From Marsupella aquatica (Eukaryota; Plantae; Marchantiophyta), in NCBI GenBank assembly GCA_973895155.1, contig OZ316894.1, positions 7,092,234 through 7,156,233 on the forward strand: a DNA stretch of 64,000 nucleotides, written 5' to 3'. A program made the translations under genes and the position numbers. Shown here piece after piece: positions 36,928 to 51,099 of this stretch (position 1 is the first letter of the stretch; each line of letters starts with the position of its first letter). The notes beneath the pieces were generated by a model that saw nothing but the letters and a program-made list of their open reading frames with translations, was not told the DNA's origin and searched no databases.

Positions 36928-38767
36928 ATGAAGAGGAATTTGTTTCAATTTTATTTCTACATAGTGCATCCGATTCTCGATGTCACTCTCTTGGGATGAC
37001 GTGCTTGGGATGGTTGATCCGCAACGAACCTTTGTTGTTGATGTATAAATGGGATCATTTGGTGAATACCTGAGTTTCTAGTTTTGTACGATGATGTGCC
37101 AAATCTAAAGGTGGCCAGGTTCCTTTTAATCTGGGATTTATGTGCTGTACCAAGACTTCGCAAGTATCCGCCAGCTGGCAGATTCGAATTGTGTGATCTC
37201 CAAAGAAGTAAATCTTTGAAATGGAGCAGGTGTTGCAATCAATATCAGTTGGTTGAGTTCTCTGTGCCTCCCTTTTCTCGAAGTTGTTTTTCTTCTTCGT
37301 TCATGATTCCTTCCCTCGTTGCTCTATTACCTGTCCGGAATTGGACAGCCTACCAGAGACATTGTGGAAGGAATAATGAAATTGTGAATACTTTGGGGCC
37401 TGCCTCCGTGGACTTGCCATCTACAAGGCACGAGGGTCAGATTTTTCCTCATCTCATTTCTACCTGATGATTCTCCCTCTGCAGGTCGTCTTTTATCGCT
37501 GTCTGAATTCGTTATGTCATGGACCCCATTGTTCGAGCCGGCCAGATCATTTGCATCTAAATTCATGAAATTGAAGCACTCATAAATGCGAAGAGACCAT
37601 TAGATCAGTGGTTTATGCAGTCATGTTTTCACGGCGGGTTTATTCTCCGCAAGTGCTGACACTGGAGTTGCTTCAAGTAAGGGGTCTTACTGTTCAGGAG
37701 GACGAATGCTCGTTCCGAGCGATGCGCTCAAGTATTCCAGAACACGGTTCTCTCGGAATTTTTAGTGTGTTTCCCTCCGTTTGCCGATTTTTGGTACTCA
37801 ATTCAGGAGGTAGTTCATAGCCACGTTATTGCAGGATAGGGATGTAACCCTCACGACGGTAGTTGGTAATCTTGCAAGAAGGGCGCCACACGTAATCAAT
37901 GCCTAGCATATCAACGTAATTGTCGATTAAAGAGTTACGCACTTGGACCCCTTAGCATGAAGAATGTGTTTATCTCATTCTATCGCATCTGCAGTGACTG
38001 TTCGTAGCAAAGCAAATATTCGAGAAGTACGCTCTGTTACTAGCCTGATACCTTGTGGGTGCAATGAGGAGGGTTGTACACAACTCAAGAAAACGATCAT
38101 ACAGGTACCTCGTCTGCAGATAATTTCGTAACTGAAACTGAAACAGTCGTTATTGCAAGACATTAAGTTGTGTACACAGGAAAGTGAGCATCGTAGGATT
38201 AGGATGTCAGGGAAGTCCATCCTCAAACCACCCAACAAGTCACTTTCATCGACCCACTAACAAAAAGTGATATGAGAAAGTAATACCTCCTTTAAGTCTG
38301 ATGATTAAAAACTGGCAGTAAACCGAAAGACAGTAGACTGACCACATCATCTCAATCCTTAACGTTTCTCCAGACGATAGCGGCAATAATACCTATCCGA
38401 GAATGACGGAAAGACCCCTGAGTTGCAAAAGAGGATCGCAAACTAAGGAACTAAAGTATCGCCGAGGGAAGTTAAATTTTCATCCCGGAAGTGCTTCCAA
38501 GCTGGAAGAAGAACACACAAGCTGGGCTATTCGGCTAATAATCTCCTTTAGCTTCCTTGGGTCTGTGAAATCGTGGCTAAGGTTTCATAGTCTCATCCTT
38601 CTGCATCGAATGGTGTGAGTGTGAAAGGGCACCACCACAAAAGTAAAACGAGAATATGATCTATTTCAGGGGAACGACGACAGCGCTACTTGTAGTCAGT
38701 CTCGTTCTGTTGAACCTCCCATGCTAGAGCAAGAGGAACAAACCTCGCATTCGCAAGGCCTTTGCTG

Positions 38768-40859
38768 TCATGGCTTTGGACCCCCTTGGGATATTGGACA
38801 TTTGTTTGCCCAATGACCCATGTCACCGCACTTGTAGCAACTTCCGCCAGAAGTTGTAACTCCACCCCCCGGCTTAGCAAATTGTGGTCCTCCATATGCC
38901 CCAGCTTTAGGACAAGAAGTTGACCAATGACCCTGACCGCCACATTTGAAACAGGTGCCTGCATTCCTTCCCTCTGTAGGCCCTCCGGCATTGTAGGGAG
39001 GTTGAACACCAAAGCTGCCAGAATACTGCGGCTGCTGAAATGGACAATCTCTGGACCAGTGTCCTTCTTGTCCACAACTATAACAGCCTCCCTGAACAGG
39101 AGAAGGGCTTCCACCATTAGCAGGAATACTTGCTGCCCTGGAGGGAGTAACTGAGTTGTTTCCTCCAGCATCCCTGCCTACTTCATCCTTCCATTGGAAA
39201 AATGAACAACTCTGTAGGATGCACGAGCAAACTTGTCAGGAAATTATATTTGTATCAAGTGGTTTGAATAACTATTGCAGCAACTTCAAGAAATGAACAG
39301 GACATATCACCTCCGTTCAGTTTCACAATGACGAGTCACGCAAATTGAGTTCCAGCTTCCGAGCATTTGCGGGGTATTAAAGCAAACCGTTCAGGATCTT
39401 ACGACTCACAAAGCATCGCTGCTTTGTTTGGTCACCCCGACGAGAATCAGGAAAAGGTTATACGAGAGGGAGCGCCATGGTACCTGAGGTGCTGGACACT
39501 TGTAAAACTGACGGCCCATGTTTTTCTCCGTTCTCGCAGTGAGTACTATGCAAGGTCCAACTCCACACTGGCACAATAGCTGCGGCTGCTGACTGAAGTC
39601 TTGAGATCGTTCATTCGGCATACTTTGTGTCCCAGCGTCACACCACTCAAAAAACGAGCACTGCCCTTCATCCTGTGGAGAAAACAACCGAAACTCAGAG
39701 TGAATTTGAAGGGTTTGACATTGATACTAACGCAACAGAAAAGCCAAAATCAGATAAATATCCGACACTGTGTACCTAGCACGTTCTAACTAAGCAGTTC
39801 ATAAACTCTCCCGAGATCCAATTCTACTGACCAAAACGATTCGTAGCAAACTACTCCTTCACATCAACAGACCAAACAAGTAAAACCACGCACCACGCAC
39901 TGGAATGCATGTTACTATTCTACGACTACTTCTGTCGATGTGGTTCTGAAAGTAGCACAGGGTCAGATTGGAAATGGCAGGTGGACAATGCTTCCCTGAG
40001 ACTAAGCTAAAAGCTGAGCTGAATACCTGTAAGTATTATAAGTCAGTTTCTGCATAAAGTCCATAGACTGAGAGAGGACATGTAACACTACCTTCCGAAG
40101 AGGACACCTGTAGAAACTACGTCCCATGTTTTTGTCCGTATTCGCAGTGAAGACTGTGCAGGCTCCTGCTCCGCAAGGACAAAGTCTTTCCTGTACATTC
40201 GGAGTTCCCTGCCCCTCTCCGCCTGCCTGTCTAGTAGGACTACTGAAAACTTTCCCTCCTGGACAATCTCTTGACCAATGGCCCTCCATTCCACATTTGT
40301 AACATCCGCCTTTAGCATTTCCTCCTGAAGAACCTGCTCTGTTTAGTGATCCCGTTGCTGGAGATGCTACTCCTCTTCCGACTCCTGCAGACTGCCACAT
40401 TTCACTGTTGCTCCCTCTGAGGGCCGCCATGTACTCTCCTTCTGCTTGTTGACTCTCAGATTGTCTTCCAGAATTCAATCGCGCCTCGTGTTCCTGAGCA
40501 GATGGATCAGAGGGCCAACTTGACCTCATGTCATCCTCAGTGCGAATTTTCTTACGGTTTTCCTCCTCTAAATAGTTTCCGAAGCCGCCATTTTCTCCCT
40601 TCGGAAGTTGGCCTGAGCTTCCATAACCATTATTTTGTCCTTCCCAATGTACAGACCTCTTCCCAGCGATGCCCGTGTCACGTCCTCCATTTCCATACGT
40701 ATCTTCTCCACAAACCTTTGACCCATTGTACGACAAAACGTTGCTCATACGGCCCAGATGCTGAGCTTCAACATTTGCAATAGCCGCCAGAAAGGAATCA
40801 TCGTTGAAGAGAACATCGTCGTCATCAGCGTTATCTTCCACCCTTGCGGCCATGTTCAT
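38768..40859 (-). CDS. GRF zinc-finger / CCHC zinc-knuckle nucleic-acid-binding protein
   Basis: Exons 40859-40092, 39672-39484, 39211-38768, in frame. Two GRF fingers (CPCGAGAC..NMGRSFYRCP..CSFFEWCD; CQCGVGPC..NMGRQFYKCP..CSFFQWKD) and four CX2CX4HX4C knuckles. Confidence 0.88.
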
Positions 40860-42279
40860 GATTGAAGAAGCACAAGATTGACAAGTTCAGGAGTTGGTAG
40901 CACTTCTCTGGTATGTGGAGAAGCAAGTGGACATGCTTCTGTACTGTAGTGAGCCTGACCAACCTTTGACAGATCAATTACGTTCGTCAACACGAAAATC
41001 CTACGAGGTTTTGAAAGTCCTAATATGCGATGAACCGTATGGCGTGCATTTTAGGAGGCCATCTACGAACAATGCGCAATTAGAAAATCTTTCTATAAAC
41101 CCTAGGAGGAACGTAGGTTTTCAAGTATTCAATACAGGAAGAAATCTCGTAATAATTGAAATCTAAGACTATTTCTAACGGGACTCATCAGCAAGAACAA
41201 AGTCTCGCAGGATATTTCAGAACCAGCGCTGGAGTAGACTTTCCAAACGCAACATCTCTCCTTTCGTTCTGACCCGCAACTGATAGCGCATTCTCTAGCC
41301 AACAATCCAAGTTCGAATCAGTGACCCTGATAACCAATGAACGAGAAGGCGGCCCCGGCCCTGCCCCCGGACCCACTCATTCATCGAATCGCAAAACGAA
41401 CTCTCCCTCAAATAAATGCTACACAGAGCTGTTCCGAGGAGAGTCTGTTGCTATCCACCATGACATACCGAATTCATGCAGATCGCCAAATCGGGAGCGA
41501 TGGAACAATTAACGATGACATCGGCCCCTCATGGTCTGATGGTCGGCATTTGGAGGTTCGTCGGCAGAGCTCGAAACCACGATGGCGATGAAACTGGTGA
41601 GTGGTGATGATCACGAAGAACAGTGATCCGCGAACGAGGGCAAACGAGGCGCGGGAAGAAGAGCTCATCCGGTTATGGAGGTTGCTGTGCTCACAGAACA
41701 ATGGTAATGGCGCCTACAGCAAAGAAGCATGTCCAAAATCCCGAAGCTATGCCGTTCACAAGCTCCAGTCGCGGCTCCCTATCAAAGTTGTTGTTGTTGT
41801 TGCTGCAATTCACTGCGCACTAAACATGCGAATCAATTTCCCACGAGGCTTTCTTAAGAGCTTAACTACCCACCCCCAAAAAGAAATTTAAAAAAAATCC
41901 CAAGTTTCCAACGAAACCCCCAATTTCCATTAAAGTTCATATTGAATTCCAACAGAACGCCGACTTTGCATTAAAGTTCATAGTCCTTCGCACAATCTAC
42001 AAATCTACATTTTAGTTCATATTCCTTGGCATCTTATCTAGTGTAACTATTTTTTGGCCTCCAAAGCAAAAAGTAACCCATCCAAGAGAGAGGACAGATT
42101 TTCTGCTTTTTGGAGTAAGCACCATAATTGTGGAATAACCCACAATGGGTGGGGGGAAGATACTCAAGGATCCAAGAGGGACAACACAGAGAAGGTTGGA
42201 CCAGGACCACAAGACGGTCAGTTAGGGGCTGAGAGAAACTAATACTCTCGCCACTACATTTCATTCACACAAACACACA

Positions 42280-42352
42280 CATACCCTAGGGATTGAACCT
42301 GGAAATTCTCGGTTCTAGGCTAATTCCTTGGCCAGCTGACCAAAGCTTGTTT
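42280..42352 (-). pseudogene. tRNA-like Pol III head (SINE head or tRNA pseudogene)
   Basis: The minus strand has A-box-like TGGTCAGCTGG and B-box GGTTCAATCCC at tRNA-like spacing; the stems are degenerate. Confidence 0.4.
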
Positions 42353-43341
42353 GTCTAATAAGGGAACCTTTTTACTTCTTTCCAAACACAATGTATGCTG
42401 AATTTGAGAACTTCTTTCATCATATTAGAGCATCCATTTTTGTTAAAGTTCATGTTCAATTCCAAACCAAATGCAGAATTTACCCGGTCAACTTCATATT
42501 CAATTCTTGACCAAAGATGCAATTTACATAACAGTTTTTATTTCTTTGCATCTTGTTGAAACATCTTATGTAGGGTGGACCTTTCTATTCCTTTCCAAAC
42601 ACACTGTGAGTTGCATTCCATAACTTTTTGCATGTATTTGATGCATTTGTTTGTATTAAATTTCATATTCAATTCCAACCAAACCACAATTTACATTAAA
42701 GTTCATATTCCTGTGCATCTTATTGAAGCATCTTATCTAGTGGTACCTTTTTATTTATTGTTCACACTTCTCGTTTGGTTGATCAGCGTGTTACTTGTGT
42801 TGTAATTTGAAAGGAAAGAATACTAACTTTTTGGGCACGGGCACTATAGTTGTGTTAGGAATTGACTCAAGTCCTCGATTTTAGTTAACCCTGGATTACA
42901 TTAGGATAAGATCTGCAACTTAGTTTAGGCCCACACATCTCGGCCCGTTTTGGGGGTATAGGTTGGAGGGAGAACATTTTCTCCCTCATTCTTCACATGC
43001 GCTTTTTCATGAACTATGGATCCTTAAGGAGTTTCTCTATCGTGGTGTCTTGTTGGTGTAGTGTGAGATTGAGTGCTCTCATGTTCTGCATTCTCCCTGT
43101 GGACAAACAAACATAATGACTGTTGTATTTGTAGAGCAAACCCCGGAGCAAGCCCTCACTAGCTAGTTTGGGAGTGCATTGGAGATTTGTAGGTATTTCA
43201 CTAAACCGGGAAACCCTCCCTCACACCCAGTGAGAGAGAGGAGAGCTGAAGCCTGAAACTTACCTGCTGCATGGCCCCATGTTCGAATCCCTAGCTTGGC
43301 CACTTGAGCTAGACCAAGCTTAGATCCATTTTAGTGTTGAA

Positions 43342-43460
43342 GACTGTGTGGTGGGTTGCAACCTTGCCCCCTCCCCCCCCCCCTTTGGCTTGGGCGATTG
43401 TCGCCCCCTTACATTTTATTCACGAGGCTGGCCCCTCCCCTTACAAAAAAGAAAAAAGAA
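43342..43460 (+). mobile_element. 5'-truncated non-LTR (SINE/LINE) insertion with A-rich tail
   Basis: Ends AAAAAAGAAAAAAGAA and is flanked by direct repeats AGTGTTGAA (43333-43341 and 43461-43469). Confidence 0.65.
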
Positions 43461-43793
43461 AGTGTTGAAACCTTGTACAGAATAGTGGAGTGGCTAAGCT
43501 TTGCATGAATGATGAACACTTCAAACTAATCCTCTTCTATCACTTTTGTTTGTATTTTCAAGATAGTGTTTATGAAGTGCAATGTTCAAGGACAATCTTT
43601 TAGGTGAGGTTGAGAAGTCAAAGTTGTGAATGCTCAGTATAGCGTGTCCACCCGACAGGGTGTTCACAAGACAATAAACCTACCTTGATTTATTATTGAG
43701 GAAAACCTAGTCATCTAATTTTAACAAAAATAATTTTGGGCCAAAATTATCGTCATGTCTAGTTGTGAGGCCATTGTTCCAAGAAGAGAACCT

Positions 43794-44056
43794 TGTTGAG
43801 CATAGACGACATTCGTAACGGCAAGCCCATGAACCATCCAACGCACAATAGTTGATATAGAGAGATACGTGGTTCACCTCCACATGAGGCTACGTCCACG
43901 GGAGCTCCGTAACAATGAGCCTAAGTTCCACCAGGGTCTGACATTTGCCCTGGCTATATACACAACAGCACTACCGCTAACATTAGTTAAGTCTTAACCC
44001 GAGTTAAACTAATTGTGGTTAGCTCATGAGTCACAAGACTAGAGCAATATCTAACA
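43794..44056 (-). repeat. 3' LTR (263 bp; lacks an 81-bp segment present in the 5' LTR)
   Basis: Direct comparison with 63048-63386. Confidence 0.95.
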
Positions 44057-44264
44057 AACTCCCCCTTGACTCTTGTCTTTGGGATTGGACTAATTGCAAC
44101 CATATGGAATCCTCAACGGGAAGTTCTAGACAATCACCAAACCAGGTCTTCCCCTAAAAACCACAAGGGTTTAACTAAGGGTTAACTAGAACTAAGCCGT
44201 AGCCAAACAGGAATGAGTAATCCATATACAAATAGTCACACATTGCTAAATAACTCTACTTGCA

Positions 44265-47200
44265 CTATAACTGCAAAACCTGCAAAGTAGCACGGTGTCT
44301 TGAGAAACTCTCCAAAGGAATCACTTTGGTAAAGGTATCGGTAGGATTGAGCTTTCCATCAATCTTGACTAGCTCAAAAGTTTTATCAGACACTGCTTGC
44401 CTGATAAAATGGTACCTGATATCAATGTGCTTCACCCTGCTATCCATCACTTGGTCAGCAGCCAAGTGAAGAGCACTGACTATCACAGTTTAGAGTCATC
44501 TTGCCATGCTCTAAACCCATCTCCGCAATCAACTTGTCCAACCAAATTGCTTCCTTTGCTGCTTTTGCTGCTGCAACATACTCTGTTTTTGTAGTAGACT
44601 GAGATATACACTTCTGCAAGGTAGATTTTCAATTGATACATCCTCCTCCAAGAGTGTATACAAACCCAATTGTAGACCTCCTTGTATCCAGACAGCCTCC
44701 ATAGTCAGAATCTACATAGCCAACTAACGTTCTATCTGATCTGTTATCAAATAGTAATCCATAGTCCTATGTTCCCTTCACATACCTGAGAATCCATTTC
44801 ACAGCTTCCCAATGTACCTTCCCTGGATTTGACATGAATCTGCTAACCTTGCCCATCGCTAGGGCCAAGTCAGGCCTAGTACAAGTCATCAAATACATCA
44901 GACTGCCTACTGCCTTCTCATAAGAAATCTTAGCCATTAGACCTTTCTTCACAGCATCCGTAGGAGAGAAAGCCGATGATAACTTGAAATGTGAAGCTAA
45001 AGGAATACTCACTGGCTTACAATTTTCCATGTTGAATCGTGCAAGTACTTTCCTCACATATTGGCCTTGACTCAAGCACAATTGTCCAGTATCAGAGTTC
45101 CTAAAAATCTCCATCCCTAAGATCCTCTTGGCCTTACCAAGATCCTTCATCTTGAATTTAGCACTCAATTTCGCCTTGAGATTTTCAACCTCAGATTGAT
45201 CTTTAGCCACAATCAGCATGTCAGCCACATAGATCACCAGAATGATGAAACCAAACACATCATTCTTGATTGATTTTGTATACACACAAGGATCATACAC
45301 CATCCTTGTAAAACCTTGAGCAAGCATGAAATCATCAAATCGCTTGTTCCACTGTCTGGGAGATTGCTTCAATCCATACAAAGACTTGAGCAATCTGCAA
45401 ACTAAGTTCTCTTGGCCCTTCTTCATAAAGCCTAGTGGCTGTCTCATGAAGATCAACTCTTCCAAATTGCCATAGAGAAAAGCAGTAACAACATCCATTT
45501 GATCCATCACCAGACCAAAAAATATAACAAGCTGACACAAGATCCATATTGTGGAATACTTAGCCATCGGAGAAAAGATCTCATTGTAGTCCACTCCTTT
45601 CTTCTGAGTGAACCCTTGGCAACAAGCCTTGCCTTGTAGATCTTATCTCCACCCTCTGAAGGACTGTCCTTCAACTTGTAAATCCACTTGCTGTCCACTA
45701 CTTGCTGACCTCTTGGAAGCTCCACCAGCTCCCATGTCTTGTTGTCACTCAAAGATTGCAATTCTCTCTGCATTGCTGCATTCCACTCATGCTTCTGCTT
45801 TGAAGCACAAGCCTCACTATACGAAGAAGGCTCTCCTTCTTCCAAGATCAAAGCCATGTCATCATTATCAGGTGCAATGTCAATATCATCTAGCTTAGAT
45901 GAATCTGCCCATTGACCATACCTGGTAGGAGCTCTAGTAGAACAACTGGAAGTTCTTCTAGTAGATGACTCAGGTTGATCTGCTGCTGCTGCTGGTTGAA
46001 TTTGAGGTACCACAACAACAATCTGCTCCTCTTGTTCCATCACAGGAACCAGCTCCAAGCCCGGAGCTTCCCCATCTCTCTTGTCATGAATAACATCATG
46101 ACTAATCTCCCCCTCAACCCGGTCCGGGATGGAAGATTTCCCCTTTTCAGTATGGGAGTCCTGAGAACTCTCCCCCTCCTTTGATGATCTGGATTCATTA
46201 AAGGACACATCTCTACTGATAATTAATTTACAGGTTACTGGATCCCATAACCTATAACCCTTCACACCTTTCTGATAGCCAAGGAAAATGCACTTCTTCG
46301 ACTTGGACTCCAGCTTGGATCGAAGCTGGAAAGGTGTAAGTACATAAGCATCACATCAAAAAATCCTCAGATGTGAGTAATCTGTTGGACGCCCGTACCT
46401 CATTTCAAATGGCGTCCTGAATCCAATAGAACTAGATGGAGAAAAATTTACCAAATAAGCTACAGTGTTGACAGCTTCAGCCCAAAACTCATGTGGTAAG
46501 CATGATTGACTCAACATACTCCTCGAGCGGTCCAATAGTGTTCGGTTGAGTCTCTCAGAAACACCATTCTACTGAGGAGTATAACTTATTGTGAGATGGC
46601 GGGTAATCTCCTGCTCCTTACAATACGTTCCAAATTCCCCGGAACTGTATTCACCGTCGTTATCCGATCGAAGATATCTCACCTTATTACCAGTCTGATT
46701 CTCTACTTGGGCTTTCCACTCCTTAAAAGTGGCAAAAACATCAGACTTATTGTGTAGAAAGTATATCCACACATACCTTGAGTAATCGTCTATGAACGTG
46801 ACATAGTATAACCGTCCAGAATGTGAGGAAGTAGGGGCTGGACCCCACACATCACTATGTATATACTCAAGTACCTCCTTGCTGGTGTGAGTTCCAACTC
46901 TGAAGGGTTTCTTGTGCTGCTTCCCTAGCACACAGTGCTCACAAAATTCCAACTTACAAGATAGCAAATTAGAAAGTAATCCTTTCTTTTGAAGAATAGC
47001 CAAACCTTTTTCACTCATGTGGCCCAAACGGAAGTGCCACAGTCGGGCCGTCTCCTCATGAGATAAGGTTATATTGGCTTCATCACAAACTACATAGCCC
47101 TCCAAAACGTCTAGATTGCTATGTCTCTTTCCCTTCAATACAACTTTAGTACCAGTTGAAACCTGAAGGACACCATTAGCAGAGCTCCACTGATGGCCAT

Positions 47201-48292
47201 TTGCTTCTAAAACTCCAAGTGAAATGAGATTTTTCATCATGCTGGGTATATGTCTCACATTCCTCAACGTTCTTACAACACCATCAAACATCTGAAATCT
47301 TACAGATCCAAGTCCAACAACTTGACATGAGATTCCATTTCCCATCAACACTGACCCGTTGGAAACCGTGTAAGAACTGAAAAAATCTCTCCTAGAGCAA
47401 ATGTGAAAAGTACATGCACTATCTAGAATCCAGTCATCACTACCTAAATTTGACACTACGTTGAGAGCATAACCTTGGCATCACAATATGTCATCATCAT
47501 CGAATAAATCTACCTCATGCGAGCTCGATGCCGCATTAGCAGATGCAGTAGGGACCTTTACTCGACAATCCCTTTTCATGTGGCCAGGCTTGCCACAATT
47601 CCAACATGCAAGAGGCTTCCTCTCTTGCGATTTCCCTCTAGATTTAGATCTCCCCCGTGATGTAGATCTAAACCTGTTCTGCCCATTCAAGCGCTACGTT
47701 GCTCTTCCCCTGTTCACATTGAGCGTAGTGCCAGAAGAAGATGCTATCTGTGATTGACCCAACTTCTTCTGAGCATCATCAGACAGTAATGAGCTCACCA
47801 CCTCATTATACGAAATGGACTTTAGATCTCTATACAAGAGCACCTGTTTCAAGCCCTTATATGACGGCGGTAAGCAAGGCCTTATCCTCATCTTCAACTC
47901 CTTTTCCCAAGTTTGACAGATCCACCGCTAGACTGTCAAATTCATCTAGGTGATCCTGCATCTTGCTCCCTTCCTTGAGTCTGAGGCTCATCAAGAGAGA
48001 CTTCTTGTACAGCCGGTCTGACGCATCTTCCCGGTAGTACTTCTCTCTTAGAGCCTTGAACAGTGACGCGCAATCCGTATAATCATCCAGCTGCTTGATG
48101 ATGTGCGGCTTGAGATATAGCATCACTTCATTGACAGCAATCACCTGCTCTTGTCTCCACTGTCTCACAGAAATCTCCTCCTCTCCATCATACTGCTCTC
48201 ACGAAGAGAGCAGATGAGCTAAGCCCATGGCCCGTAGAACACCCTTCACTTGCTTCTCCCAGAGCAAGTAATCAGTATGACCATCGTACTTC
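44265..48292 (-). pseudogene. Copia gag-pol remnant (gag C-part, protease, integrase, RT, RNase H)
   Basis: ORF fragments 47857-48168, 47481-47690, 46569-47456, 45507-46265, 44767-45594 and 44265-44486 carry copia motifs in shifted frames. Confidence 0.93.
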
Positions 48293-48841
48293 CACTAGTA
48301 CAAAAATGGGTTCTTTATGACCGCAATAATGACTATTTATATGGTCTTTTCAACAAAACAATGACGCAGTCATTCTCATCTTTCCAGACGCGTCACAACG
48401 GAGATTTTGGTCACGGTCCTTTCGGACAAATGACGCAAAAAACATGTGGTCATTTTATACCGTCTGAAATGACTTAATTTATGATTTGGTCATAAATGGT
48501 GAACGGTCTGAAATGACCAAAAAACCACCGTCAACGGTCAATCACCGTTCACCGTTGATTGTATCCGTACCCAATTATATAATGCCACGTGGCAATTAAA
48601 AAACAAAGATCATTTGTCATTTTGGACTTAGTCCAAAATGACGCACAATATGTAACAAATCAAGGAATGACATGTGGCTCAAAGGATTTTAACCATGTGG
48701 CAATAAATTTGGGTCATTTTGGACGTGTCCAAAATGACTACATTATAGACAAGTCATATATAGACACATGGTTAAATTGGGAAGAAACGCGTAGAGATAC
48801 ACGCTGGTCATTAATGACATGTCTGGAATGACTTGAAAAGA

Positions 48842-49022
48842 GTCATATTGGACACATTTATATATGTCTATAATGACCATAAGATCAGTCATTTTATATG
48901 TCATTAAGGCTATGTCTTTAATGACTTGAGGTGGGTCATATTGGATGCAATTACAGAAGTTCATGATGACCATTAGATCAGTCATTTTATATGTCATTCA
49001 AGTCATGTATTCAATGACTTGG
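48842..49022. repeat. ~93-bp subterminal tandem repeat (left end of the CACTA)
   Basis: GTCATATTGGA..ATGACCAT.AGATCAGTCATTTTATATGTCATT..AATGACTTG occurs twice. Confidence 0.8.
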
Positions 49023-51099
49023 AGTTATACAAATTTAAATGGTCATATTGGACAAAAATTCATGTCATTCAAGAATCATACACTACAAAGTCATTCAATA
49101 GATTTGCTGAATGAAACACTAAAGAGACATTCTATACCTAACAAATCCAATTGATATTCATACAAAATACATTCTTAAGTCCCACAATAGTTATTGAACA
49201 CAATAGTTATTCAACTCAATGCAAATTTATGAAGAAAACAGACATTGAGAAAAAGCATACACAATATTATTAGATGTATATCAAGTGCTGCAATCTGAAA
49301 TACCTAACAACTCTGAATGTGTGTAGAAAAACAAAGTTGTCATTCTCATTCTACAAAACCTACTTCTATCATGTCTAGTGTTTCTTGGCCCATGGCTGCT
49401 TCTATTGCTTCTTGAGCAATCTAGAGTTCCACAGGGCATTCATCCCCTTCACATGAGATAACTTAGACTGGTTCTCCCCAGCATTAGCAAATGACAATGC
49501 CACATCTACAAACACTTCAATCACACGCACTCGGAAGAAAGGACCATCCATGTAGTCATCATGCTTGCCAACTCCTTCATAGTGCCTTTCAACTCATCAA
49601 CATCCAATTTCACAACCCCAATGGCACTGATCTCTTCTTTTGAATGTGGGGTCTGTAAATGACTCACAAGCCAACACATCATTCTCACTGTCAAACTAAC
49701 AAGAATTTGATCACAGCAAGATGTGTATTGAAGCAAAGGCAATCCTATATGTCACACACAGAACTTGTAAGTTCGTAGCTGATCATGAATTTTTCTTTGC
49801 AGTCACCATAAACCATAAAAACCAGGTGCCACAAAATATACCACATGAGGAAGCGGGATCAGAGACTTACAGAGGGGTCAGACACTTCATGCTGGTGGAT
49901 GTAGCTACGATGTGATTCAAAAACCCAGTTACATCTTGAATTGAAGTAGTGACAGCCACCTCCAAGGACAACAACCAAATAAGAAAGCATGATATTAGAT
50001 AACTGTAGAACTATTGATTTTGTGATAATCATTTACTGCTAAGATTAAAACATACCAACTTACAACATAGTTGGGCAGAGCCCTGGGTGGTAGAGCTCTT
50101 ACAACTTGCTTGTTCAGTCGAGTCCCCTTCCTTAGCAACTGTGAAAAATGGAAGCTCGCCAAGTGATTGTTAATGGTCAAAATTCCACCCTCCACTTCAG
50201 ACAAAGATAGGTAGTACCCCCAATGATCCATAGAGCACAAGTGCATACCTTAGAAGACCAATCTGTCAAGTCCAGCTAAGAGAAAATTAAGTAGTAACTC
50301 TCTGACTTCAGCTGGAATAAATTTGAATATTTTGCACATCTCATTGCTGGCTTAGTTTGAATGACGTATCTTCTATGACATAATTACAAAATATGATACA
50401 GGCCCAAGTTTTGCATGGGATTGTGCACACAAAACTATTCAGAGATGATCATCACCATGTGCATGCCAAACAAGATAGGAGATTCCTAGCATAAAGTAAT
50501 ACACACAACTGCTGCAGACCGTTCTCAACACTTCTTCAAAATACAAGATTCTTGATGATAACCAAAAGTGGCCCAGTTTCTTTGAAAATGACCTATGCTC
50601 GTGATGTATTGGTCGCCTTTGAAAATAGTGAGAATAACAAAATAGAATTTAAGAAATGAGGAAAGCCAAACCAAACAATTCAAGATGAGATATGCGGGCG
50701 CTACATCACTATGTGGCCTACCTGTTATGGATTTCTGGCCACTCGTGTTGGGACAGGGTGTCAATTTTTTCTACAGGGCCTCCACCTTTGTTTAAAGCTC
50801 CACAGCCTGAAATAACCACTTCCAAACATTACCAAGAAAAACAATTATTCTTCACGCACAACGGTCTCCACCATAAAACCAAAATAAGATTACTACAATT
50901 ATTCTCCAGGCACAACCGCTTGCACCAATAGGGCACTGCTTCAATCATTACCACACATATTGTTATTGAAGAAGTCACCACACAAATTTACGTAGGCTGC
51001 AAGTCCTGGGTGAGAGCTGCAAAACATATAATAAAACTTCTGAGATTGAAAACTGTTCAAGATTTATTCTTCGCAGGACTTTTCCAAAAAGTGTGAGCG

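Noticed and set aside
36127-36969. 280-aa minus-strand ORF
   Set aside because: Antisense shadow of the GC-rich PsaD CDS.
38686-39171. 161-aa ORF as a separate gene
   Set aside because: Alternative frame of the last exon of the GRF/CCHC gene.
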